Position numbers and translations under genes: made by a program. Below the pieces are notes generated by a model. That model worked only from the letters and a program-made list of their open reading frames with translations. It was not told where the DNA came from and searched no databases. From Armatimonadota bacterium (lineage in GTDB: Bacteria; Sysuimicrobiota; Sysuimicrobiia; Sysuimicrobiales; Kaftiobacteriaceae), in the NCBI GenBank assembly GCA_037440005.1, contig JBBIUY010000026.1:1-42891 (forward strand): a stretch of 42,891 bases of DNA, read 5' to 3'. Numbering within the stretch: the first letter of the stretch is position 1; each line of letters begins with the position of its first letter. Below, one piece after another: positions 18,299-26,500 of the stretch.

Positions 18299-19512
18299 GC
18301 TCCTCCGCCGGCGGCGGCCACCGCCGGGCGGGCCAGGAGGACGCCGGCGGCGATCAGGACGCTGCCGCCGGCCAGCAGCGCCAGCGGGAGGACGCCCGCC
18401 CGGGGCCAGTAGGGGGCCTCCAACCGCGGCACCTCGTAGGCGCTCATGCCCAGGGCGAAGCGGTAGTACCACATGAGAAACGGCGTGACCTTGTAGGCCT
18501 GGCCGGTGATCACCAGCGTGACCCACCCCAGCAGGTACCAGGCCACGGCGGCGGCCGCCCACCGCAGGCGCTCGCCGGGCAGCCACCCCCCGGCCGCCAG
18601 CAGCGCGCCCGCGCCCAGGACAGCTGTGCTAGCGGCGATCAGGCGCCAGTGGGTGCGGGTGATGTCGGGAGCCGGTTTGGTCCACGCCCGCAGGAATGTG
18701 GCCAGATCCCGGGCGTACAGGAGCGCCGTCATGCCGAGGGCGGCCACCCCCAGGCGGGTGATCGTCCCGCCCGTCGGCGCCCCGGCGATCAGACCCGCCA
18801 CCGCCAGCACCCCCATGGCCAGCACCGCCCGGGACCGCAGCGCCGGCGCGTCCCGGAGTCCGGCAAAGCGCGGCAGCAGGTAGTACGAGGCGCCGGCGAT
18901 GAGCAGTCCGAACCACCCCGCCAGCCCCAGGGCCAGATGGACCTGCAGCCCCCAGACCAGCAGGGGCGGCCAGAAGGCCAGGCGCCAGTTGGCCGCCAGC
19001 AGCAGACCCCACAGGGTCACCAGCCCCAGGCATGCGACCGCCGTGGCCAGCAGGTCCAGCCCCGGAGGCCACCGGGTCCGCCGCCGGATCACCGCCGCCG
19101 CCGCGACCACCGAAAAGGCCACCGACAGCACCACCAGCGTCCCGCCGGCGATGAGGGCGCCGGTCAGCCGGGTCCAGAACCCGACGGCCAGAGCCGCCAC
19201 ACCCACCAGGTAGGCGCAAAACTGAACGACGACCTCCCGCCCCGGCTCCCGGCGGACCACGGCGGCGGCCGGCAGTAGCTGGTGCAGGGCCCCCAGGGCG
19301 ATCATCGTCCCCCACCCGAGGGTGACCAGGTGGTTGGCCGCCAGGACCTGCGGGGAGCGGATCTGGAGAGCGGCCAGGCGCGGGACGGCCGCCGCCACCG
19401 CCGCGGCCACAAGCGGGAAGCCCAGCACGGCGGCCAGCAGGAACAGGCCGGAGCGGGTGATGTGGGGCCGGTCGGGCTGCGCCCAGGCCGGGCGGGACGC
19501 GCCTGTGGCCAT
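18196..19512 (-). CDS. Polytopic membrane protein with in-membrane His motifs (NnrS/heme-copper-oxidase-like hypothetical)
   Basis: About 12 TM segments. NHLVTLGW..GALHQLLP, HLALGLAGW..Y.LLPRF, GQAYKVTPFL.W. Start ATG 19512. Confidence 0.75.
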   Translation of the reverse strand: MATGASRPAWAQPDRPHITRSGLFLLAAVLGFPLVAAAVAAAVPRLAALQIRSPQVLAANHLVTLGWGTMIALGALHQLLPAAAVVRREPGREVVVQFCAYLVGVAALAVGFWTRLTGALIAGGTLVVLSVAFSVVAAAAVIRRRTRWPPGLDLLATAVACLGLVTLWGLLLAANWRLAFWPPLLVWGLQVHLALGLAGWFGLLIAGASYYLLPRFAGLRDAPALRSRAVLAMGVLAVAGLIAGAPTGGTITRLGVAALGMTALLYARDLATFLRAWTKPAPDITRTHWRLIAASTAVLGAGALLAAGGWLPGERLRWAAAAVAWYLLGWVTLVITGQAYKVTPFLMWYYRFALGMSAYEVPRLEAPYWPRAGVLPLALLAGGSVLIAAGVLLARPAVAAAGGGAYLAGAAVFSYILGYSWVPVLWKVRRAGRLPGPP

Positions 19513-19517
19513 GGGCC

Positions 19518-20702
19518 TTACGCCGGCAGGCGGCCCCGCAGGTCCTCCGGTCGGTACGGGCCCGGAGAGGCGATCAGCGCCCGGGCGTGCTCCACCTGCT
19601 CCCACACGTTCCACAGGAGCACGCCGCGCACCCTCCCGTCCCGCAGGTAGTACACCACGCCCTGCCGGTAAGGTTCCGCCCAGTCCTCCACCGTCTGCAG
19701 GCGGGCGTCTATGTCCCCCACGGCCTCGTAGCCCAGGTCAAAGAGGTCCGAGTAGAAAAAGGGCAGGTGGTGGTAGGGCTGCCCGCGGCCGGCCATGTTG
19801 CGGCCGGCGACCTGGCCCATGGTGTTGGCGTTGTCCTCGTGCTCCACCCGGATCCGCGCACCCAGGGCGGGGTTGTAAAAGCGCGCCACGTCTCCGGCGG
19901 CGTAGATGTCCGGGTCGCTGGTCCGCAGGTACTCGTCCACCACGATCCCGTCGTCGGTGCGCAGGCCCGCGCCGGCGGCCAGCTGGTCGTTGGGCCGGAT
20001 GCCGAGGCCGGCCACCACCCCGTCGGCCTCGATCTCCTGACCGCGGTCGGTGCGCAGCACCGGGCGCCCGCGCCGCACCTCCACCCCCGCCACCCGCTCG
20101 CCCGGCCGCACCTCCACCCCCCGCTGGCGGTAGTAGTCGTTGAGGAACCGGCTGAGCCCGGCGGGGAACAGGCGGGCCCCGATGCCCTCTTCGGGGAACA
20201 GCATGGTGACCTGTGTGCCCTGCAGGGCCAGGGCCGCGGCGATCTCGGAGCCGATGAACCCCCCGCCGATGACGGCAAAGCGGGTACCGGCCGCCGCCAG
20301 CTCCCGCAGGCGGCGGTAGTCATCGTAGGTGCGGAAGTAGATGATCCGTTCCTCGGTGGGGTCCGCGGGCAGGCGCCGCGGCTCGCCGCCGGTGGCCAGC
20401 AGGAGCTTCTCGTAGGTGTAGGTGGTCCCCCGGTCGTCCACCACCAGGTGGCCGGCCTTGTCGATCCGGACCGCCCGGCGGCCCAGGTGCAGCTCGACGC
20501 CCAGCGCGGCGGTGTCGCGCCAGATCTGCTCCTCGGGCTGGCCCTTCCACAGGCCCTTGGACAGGGGCGGGCGGTTGTACGGGGGATGAGGTTCGGCGCC
20601 CAGGACGCCGACGGTCCCCGCAGTGTCCACCTCGCGGATCCCCCGCACGGCGGCGTCGCCGGCCATGCTGGCGCCGATGATCAGGTACCGGTAGTGAGGC
20701 AT
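19518..20702 (-). CDS. FAD/NAD(P)-dependent oxidoreductase (ferredoxin reductase/AIF-like)
   Basis: PYNRPPLSK, LLLATGG, IGGGFIGSE, TSDPDIYAAGD, RVEH, PFFYSDLF. Confidence 0.92.
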   Translation of the reverse strand: MPHYRYLIIGASMAGDAAVRGIREVDTAGTVGVLGAEPHPPYNRPPLSKGLWKGQPEEQIWRDTAALGVELHLGRRAVRIDKAGHLVVDDRGTTYTYEKLLLATGGEPRRLPADPTEERIIYFRTYDDYRRLRELAAAGTRFAVIGGGFIGSEIAAALALQGTQVTMLFPEEGIGARLFPAGLSRFLNDYYRQRGVEVRPGERVAGVEVRRGRPVLRTDRGQEIEADGVVAGLGIRPNDQLAAGAGLRTDDGIVVDEYLRTSDPDIYAAGDVARFYNPALGARIRVEHEDNANTMGQVAGRNMAGRGQPYHHLPFFYSDLFDLGYEAVGDIDARLQTVEDWAEPYRQGVVYYLRDGRVRGVLLWNVWEQVEHARALIASPGPYRPEDLRGRLPA

Positions 20703-20770
20703 GGAGGCCTCCCTCTGCGAGTGGTCTGGTCTCCATGGTGACGGAGCCGGATGAGCCCGTCAACGGCGGA

Positions 20771-20832
20771 ACCGGCGGAGGGCGTGCCGTCCGTATCCGG
20801 GGAGCGGGAGGGTGCGGACGCCCTCCGCCGGT
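20771..20832. other. Perfect 15-bp inverted repeat between the cupredoxin and reductase genes
   Basis: ACCGGCGGAGGGCGT (20771-20785) and ACGCCCTCCGCCGGT (20818-20832). Confidence 0.7.
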
Positions 20833-20835
20833 CCG

Positions 20836-21204
20836 TCAGGGAGCCACCACGACGACCGTCCCCGTCATGTTCTGCGCGTGGTAGGTGCAGACGTAGTGGT
20901 ACACCCCCGGCCGCGAGAACGTCAGGCTGCCCGACTGGCCGGGGCGCAGGTTCAGGAAGGGGAAGCCGCCCCCCAGGACGCTCACCGAGTGGGTGAAGTT
21001 GTCGCCGTTGTGCCAGGTCACCGTGCTGCCGGCCCGCACGGTGATGGCCGCGGGCTCGAACCGGTAGCTGGGCGGCATCTCCACCCGGGTCGTGGCCACG
21101 GGGGCGGCGCTGCCGCCCCGGGTGCAGCCGGCCACCAGCAGGGCCAGAGCGGATGCGGCCAGGATCGCGGCCGCCCGCGCGGGTCCCAGGCGGCGGCCCG
21201 TCAC
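20836..21204 (-). CDS. Cupredoxin (plastocyanin/azurin family), probable lipoprotein
   Basis: LVAGC lipobox, FEPAAITVRAGSTVTW.N, H, and C-x2-H-x3-M (CTYHAQNM) type-1 Cu ligands. GTGA overlap with the upstream gene. Confidence 0.88.
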   Translation of the reverse strand: MTGRRLGPARAAAILAASALALLVAGCTRGGSAAPVATTRVEMPPSYRFEPAAITVRAGSTVTWHNGDNFTHSVSVLGGGFPFLNLRPGQSGSLTFSRPGVYHYVCTYHAQNMTGTVVVVAP

Positions 21205-21497
21205 CGCTCCCCCCGCGCCGCCAGCATCTTCTGGCTGGCGGAGGTAAAGATGAGGATGAACGCCAGGGCGTCCAGGACCTCGGCGAGGGTGTGGGCGAAC
21301 AGGAAGACGGTCCAGTCCAGGTGGTAGGTCATGTAGCTGACCTCGGCCACCGCGAACAGGGTGAACCCCCATCCCAGGGTGCCCTGGCCGGCGCCGAACG
21401 ACCGCCGGGCGAACACCACTCCGATGGCGAACAGGACGATGTGGATGAGCAGGAAGACAGCGGGCGGCACGACGTTGAGAAATCCCCCAAACGGCAT
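21201..21497 (-). CDS. Small membrane protein (3 TM, His-containing)
   Basis: 98 aa, GGAGG RBS, hydrophobic segments with IH, YH and AH residues. Confidence 0.75.
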   Translation of the reverse strand: MPFGGFLNVVPPAVFLLIHIVLFAIGVVFARRSFGAGQGTLGWGFTLFAVAEVSYMTYHLDWTVFLFAHTLAEVLDALAFILIFTSASQKMLAARGER

Positions 21498-21516
21498 CGA
21501 TCCTCCCCCCTCCCCG

Positions 21517-21834
21517 TCAGCGTGACCCCGCCTGTGCGCGCGCCGGCCGGCGCGCCCGGCGGGATCCGGCGATCACCCCGGCGAGGGCCACACCCATCCC
21601 CGCCAGGGACACCACGTGACCGGCATGACTGCCGTGGGCGGGACCGGCAGAGAGCAAAAGGCGGGGGTGGTGGGCGAGGACACGTAGGGCGTCCCCCGCC
21701 GCGACCAGGCCCCCGGCTGCGGCGGCGGCCAGGCCCGCCCCCACAAGGAGCGTCTCCCACAGCGGCAGGACCCGCCACGGCCTGTGGCGAGATCTGTCGG
21801 ACATCCCCTCCAGCCTCAGCGAGTGTCGAGCCAT
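21517..21834 (-). CDS. Small hypothetical membrane protein
   Basis: Two hydrophobic segments around a His-rich loop (AHH..AHGSHAGH). Start uncertain (21834 or 21804). Confidence 0.5.
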   Translation of the reverse strand: MARHSLRLEGMSDRSRHRPWRVLPLWETLLVGAGLAAAAAGGLVAAGDALRVLAHHPRLLLSAGPAHGSHAGHVVSLAGMGVALAGVIAGSRRARRPARAQAGSR

Positions 21835-21870
21835 CAGCGCCTCTAGAGGGTAGCACGCGTGTGTGCTTTT

Positions 21871-21906
21871 TGTCAATATAGCCTGCTGTATTTGATTCTA
21901 TTGACG
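21871..21906. promoter_or_regulatory. Divergent promoter region with inverted repeat GTCAATA-N20-TATTGAC
   Basis: AT-rich spacer. TTGACA on minus (21876-21871) and TTGACG on plus (21901-21906). Confidence 0.6.
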
Positions 21907-21928
21907 GAAATGAGGGTGAGGCAATAAC

Positions 21929-22561
21929 ATGAAGGCGATGCACCCGACGAGGCGCAGGATCGTCGAGTTGCTCAGGGTGCACGGGAACCTGACCGTGGCA
22001 GACCTGGCTCGCCACGTCGGCCTCACCCGCACCGCCGTGGTGAGCCACCTGGCGGCCCTGCAGGCCGAGGGCTACGTGACCCGGGCGGGCCTGCAGCCGG
22101 GTCGGCGGCGCCCGCGGGTGGTGTACACCCTCACGCCGGCCGCCGATGGGTTGTTTGCCAAGTCCTACGAGGAGTTTGCCGCGGTCCTGCTGGAAGAGCT
22201 GCGGGCTGCCGCCCCCGAGAGGCTCACGGAGGTGCTGATCAGGATCGGCGACCGCTGGATCGCCCGCGACCTGCCCCTGGTGGAGGGGACGTCCGGGCCC
22301 CAGCGGGTGGAGCGGGCCGTGCGGGTCCTGGCCGACCGGGGATTTTTGCCGCAGGTGCAGCGGCGCAACGGCGAGTACGTGGTGCGAGAGCACAACTGCC
22401 CGCTGATGCGGCTGGCCCTGCAGGACGCCGAGGTGTGCGCCATGGTGCACCGGTGGATGGAAGCGCTGTTCGGCGCCCGGCTGGAGAGGACCCGCTGCAT
22501 GCGGCTGGGGGACCCCTTCTCCGAGTACCGGCTGGTGCCGCCTGCCGGCGGGAGGGGGTAG
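21929..22561 (+). CDS. ArsR-like HTH transcriptional regulator with C-terminal Cys motifs (SufR-like)
   Basis: N-terminal HTH (TVADLARHVGLTRTAVVSHL), GRRRPRVVY.LT, then HNCP..VC..C. Confidence 0.85.
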   Translation: MKAMHPTRRRIVELLRVHGNLTVADLARHVGLTRTAVVSHLAALQAEGYVTRAGLQPGRRRPRVVYTLTPAADGLFAKSYEEFAAVLLEELRAAAPERLTEVLIRIGDRWIARDLPLVEGTSGPQRVERAVRVLADRGFLPQVQRRNGEYVVREHNCPLMRLALQDAEVCAMVHRWMEALFGARLERTRCMRLGDPFSEYRLVPPAGGRG

Positions 22562-22567
22562 ACCGCC

Positions 22568-22975
22568 GTGGCCCCGGCGATCTCCCTCAAGCGCGTGTAC
22601 GACCCCCCGTCCCCCGCCGACGGCAAGCGGTTTCTGGTGGACCGGCTGTGGCCCCGGGGCGTGAGCGCCGCTTCCCTCCGGATCGACGGGTGGCTGAAGG
22701 AGGTGGCGCCCAGCGACGCGCTGAGGCGCTGGTTCGGCCACGACCCCCGGCGGTGGGAGGAGTTCGTCCGCCGCTACCACGCGGAGCTGGACGCCCGCCC
22801 CGAGTCCTGGGCCCCGCTGCTGGAGGCGGCGCGGGAGGGTCCGATCACCCTGCTGTTCTCCGCCCGGGACGCCGCGCACAACAACGCCGTCGCGCTGCGG
22901 GCGTACCTGCTGGCCCGGCTGCGGACGGCCCGCAGCGCGCGCCGCGGCGGCCGGCGTCGCGGCGCCGGCCGTTGA
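22568..22975 (+). CDS. DUF488 family protein
   Basis: KRVYD, LVDRLWPRG, WLKEVAPS..LR.WFGH, HNNA.AL. Confidence 0.9.
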   Translation: MAPAISLKRVYDPPSPADGKRFLVDRLWPRGVSAASLRIDGWLKEVAPSDALRRWFGHDPRRWEEFVRRYHAELDARPESWAPLLEAAREGPITLLFSARDAAHNNAVALRAYLLARLRTARSARRGGRRRGAGR

Positions 22976-23001
22976 CAGGCCCGCGACCCCTGTGCTACAA
23001 G
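22972..23001 (+). promoter_or_regulatory. Sigma70-type promoter whose -35 overlaps the DUF488 stop codon
   Basis: TTGACA 22972-22977, 18-nt spacer, TG-C-TACAAG extended -10. Confidence 0.5.
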
Positions 23002-23074
23002 GAGGGCACTTCCACGCCCCGGCGGGACGTGTCCCACCCGGCGGCCCGCCCGGGGGTCTCGGGGGGGGCGACCG

Positions 23075-23266
23075 GTGAGCAAGTGTCACGTCTGCGGCCT
23101 GCCCGACACCCAGACGGTCCTGGTGAAGTGCCAGTGGTTCGGCCGGGGGACCAAGTGGCTGTGCGTCGAGTGCCTGCGCAGCCGGGCGATCACCGACGGG
23201 GCGGCCCGGGGCGCTGGTCGCTCCGACCCCGCCCCGGGGCGGGCGCGCCCGGAGGCGGCCCGGTAA
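23075..23266 (+). CDS. Small putative zinc-finger protein
   Basis: 63 aa with CHVC and CVEC pairs. GC-rich third codon positions. Candidate promoter upstream. Confidence 0.55.
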   Translation: MSKCHVCGLPDTQTVLVKCQWFGRGTKWLCVECLRSRAITDGAARGAGRSDPAPGRARPEAAR

Positions 23267-23281
23267 ATCCGGCCGCGGTCC

Positions 23282-23310
23282 TTGACAGGGCCCCGGGTTT
23301 CTGCTATCAG
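23282..23310 (+). promoter_or_regulatory. Sigma70-type promoter for the gltB leader
   Basis: TTGACA 23282-23287, 17-nt spacer, TG-C-TATCAG. Confidence 0.7.
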
Positions 23311-23352
23311 AGAAGGCAACTCTGCCGCCTGCGGGCGGCGCGTGGGACGCCG

Positions 23353-23474
23353 TTGAGGAAGTGCGCCTAGGGTTCCGCCGCGTCCATCCGGCGCGGGACT
23401 GGTTCTAGCGGCGCAGGCCGGCGATCCGGCCGGCTACACCGTCGGGACAGAAGCCCGAGGGGGAGGTTCCTCGA
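23353..23474 (+). ncRNA. ykkC-family riboswitch aptamer, ppGpp-sensing subtype (2a) likely
   Basis: GGAAGTG..CTAGGGTTCCG..AGCGGCGC..ACACCGTCGGGACAGAAGCCCGAGG..GTTCC. P0 stem GAGGAA/TTCCTC. Located upstream of glutamate synthase. Confidence 0.88.
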
Positions 23475-23543
23475 TCCGGAAGGTGCGCCTTCCGGCGGGG
23501 GCCCGCTCCCTCGGGCTTCGGTGTGTCGGCGGGGAGGCCGGCG

Positions 23544-26500
23544 GTGGATCACGGCATCCACATCGAGCGCGACGCGTGCGGCGTCGGATTCGTCGCCGAC
23601 GTTCGGGGCCGCCGCAGCCACGCCATCCTGGCGCAGGCTCTTGCCGCCGTCGCCCACCTGCGTCACCGGGGCGCGGTGGCCGCCGACGGACGCACGGGAG
23701 ACGGCGCCGGGGTCCTGACTCAGCTCCCCTACGACCTGCTGCGCAGGGACCTGGGGCTGGACCTGCCTCCCGACCGCATAGCGGCCGGGATGCTCTTCCT
23801 CCCCCGGACGGAGGCCGGTCGCGCCGCGGCCCTGGTGGAGCGGGTCCTGACCGACGACGGCCTGCCGCCGGTGGGGTGGCGGGCGGTGCCCACAGACCCG
23901 GATGCCCTGGGTGACCACGCCCGCGCCACCCGGCCGGAGATCGCCCAGGTGGTCGTGGCGCGGCCGGCGGGAGTGGACCCTGACGCCTTCGAGCGCGGTC
24001 TGTACCGCTGCCGCCGCCGCCTGGAAAACCGCGCGCGGCGCGAGGGCGTGGACCTGTACGTGGCCTCCCTGTCGGGCCGGACCATGGTGTACAAGGCCCT
24101 GCTGTCCTCGCCGGCGCTGCCGCGCTTCTACCCGGACCTCACCGATCCCGCCTACGTCACCGCCCTGGCCGTCTTCCACCAGCGCTACAGCACCAACACC
24201 TTTCCCAGCTGGCGCCTGGCCCAGCCGTTCCGCGTCCTGGCCCACAACGGGGAGATCAACACCCTCACCGGCAACGTCCTGTGGATGCGCGCCCGGGAGG
24301 CCGCCCTGCGGTCGGCCGTGTGGGGTGCCGGCATCGAGGACCTGCGCCCGGTGGTGCAGGAGGGAGGCAGCGACAGCGCCATGCTGGACAACGTGGCCGA
24401 ACTGCTGGCGCTGTCGGGCCGGCGCCTGCCCCACGCGCTGGCGATGCTGGTCCCGCAGGCGTGGGAGGAGATCGCCGACATAGACCCGGCCGTGCGGGCG
24501 TTCTATGCGTTCCACGCCTGCCTGACCGAGCCGTGGGACGGGCCGGCGGCCCTGGCGTTTTCCGACGGGACGGTGGTGGGAGGGGCCCTGGACCGCAACG
24601 GCCTGCGGCCGGCCCGCTACCTGGTGACCCGGGAGGGGCGCGTGATCCTGGCCTCCGAGGCCGGCGTGGTGGACGTCCCGGCGGAGCAGGTGGCCGAGAA
24701 AGGACGTCTGGGCCCGGGGCAGATGCTGGTGGTGGACACCGCCCGGGCCCGGGTGGTGCGGGATGACGAGATCAAACGGGAGCTGGCGCGGGCCCGTCCC
24801 TACGGGGAGTGGGTGCGCCGCCACCTGGTCAGCCTGCCGGCCCGCCTCCCGTCCTCCGCCGCGGGACCGGAGGCGGACGGGGTGCCTCTGCCCGTGCGCC
24901 AGCGCCTCTTCGGCTACACGGCCGAGGACGTCGAGCGCATTCTCCGGCCCATGGTGGCCGAGCGCAAGGACCCCGTCTTCTCCATGGGCGACGACATCCC
25001 GCCGGCGGTGCTGTCGGAGAGGCCGCGCCTGCTGTACCAGTACTTCAAGCAGCGGTTTGCCCAGGTGACCAACCCGCCCATCGACCCGCTGCGGGAGCGG
25101 GCCGTGATGTCCCTGGCGGTCCTGGTGGGCCCGCGGCCGTCGCTGCTGGAGGAGACGCCCGAGCACGCGCGCCTGCTGCGCCTGCCCACGCCCGTCCTGC
25201 TGCCGGACGAGCTGCGGTGGATCTGTGACCGCGGCCCGTATGCGGTCCGGGCTCTGCAGGCGCGCTTTCCCGCCGACCGGGGAGAGGCGGGGCTGCGGGA
25301 GGCGCTGGCGGCCCTGGAGGAGGACGCGGCGGTCGCCGCGGCGGCCGGCGAGCTGGTGCTGCTGCGCGACGTGGACGTGGGGCGGGGGTGGGCGCCGGTC
25401 CCGATGCTGCTGGCGGTGGCGGCCGTCCACCACGGGCTCATCCGCCGCGGCCTGCGCATGCGCACCAGCATCCTGGTGGAGACCGCCGAGGCGCGGGAGG
25501 TCCACCACCTGGCGTGCCTGATGGGCTACGGCGCCAGCGTCGTCTGTCCCGTGCTGGCCCTGCAGACGCTGGCCGCCGACCCTCACCTCCGTGGCCCGGC
25601 CGCCGAGCGGTGGGCGGCCTACCGGACGGCGCTGGAGGCCGGGCTCCTGAAGGTGATGTCCAAGATGGGCATCAGCACCGTGGGCGGCTACTGCGGGGCT
25701 CAGGTCTTCGAAGCGCTGGGGCTGCACCGGGACCTGGTGGACAGGTATTTCACCGGGACGCCGTCGCGCCTGGGCGGCATCGGGCTCCGGGAGATCGCCG
25801 CCGACGTCCTGGAACGCCACCGGGCGGCGTGGGAAGATCCCCAGGCCCCGTTGCCGGATCCGGGGTTGGTGCGCTTCCGCCGGGGCGGGGAGTACCACGC
25901 CTTCAACCCCTACGTGGTGAAGGCCGCGCACCGGGCGGCCCGGGAGGAGGGCGGGGACGCCGCCCGCGCGGCCCTGGTCAACCTGGTGACCTCCCGACCG
26001 CCCACGGCGGTGCGCGACCTGCTGGAGCCCGTCCCCCAGACCCCCGTGCCCCTGGACGAGGTCGAGCCGGCGGAGGCCATCCTGGCCCGCTTCGTCATCT
26101 CGGCCATGTCGTTCGGGGCCCTCAGCCGGGAGGCCCACGAGGCCCTGGCCGTCGCCGCCGCCCGGGTGGGCGCCCGGAGCAACTGCGGCGAGGGCGGAGA
26201 AGACCCCCGCCGCTATCCCACCGAGGCCAACAGTCGCATCAAGCAGATCGCCTCGGCGCGCTTTGGGGTCACGCCGGCCTACATCCTGTCGGCCGAGGAG
26301 CTGGAGATCAAGATGGCCCAGGGCAGCAAGCCCGGGGAAGGCGGCCAGCTGCCCGGCCACAAGGTCTCCGAGGAGATCGCCCGCATCCGGCGGGCGCAGC
26401 CCGGCATCACCCTGATCTCCCCGCCGCCCCACCACGACATCTACAGCATCGAAGACCTCGCCCAGCTCATCTACGACCTGCGGGCCGTCCACCCCCGGGC

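Noticed and set aside
21892..21905. FNR/CRP box (TTGATTCTATTGAC)
   Set aside because: Only one half-site matches TTGAT-N4-ATCAA. The second half is better explained as a -35 element.
23353..23474. Guanidine-I or PRPP riboswitch
   Set aside because: The P0 stem and gltB context argue against guanidine-I. An A at the G96-equivalent position and the lack of purine genes argue against PRPP. This rests on manual alignment and is not final.
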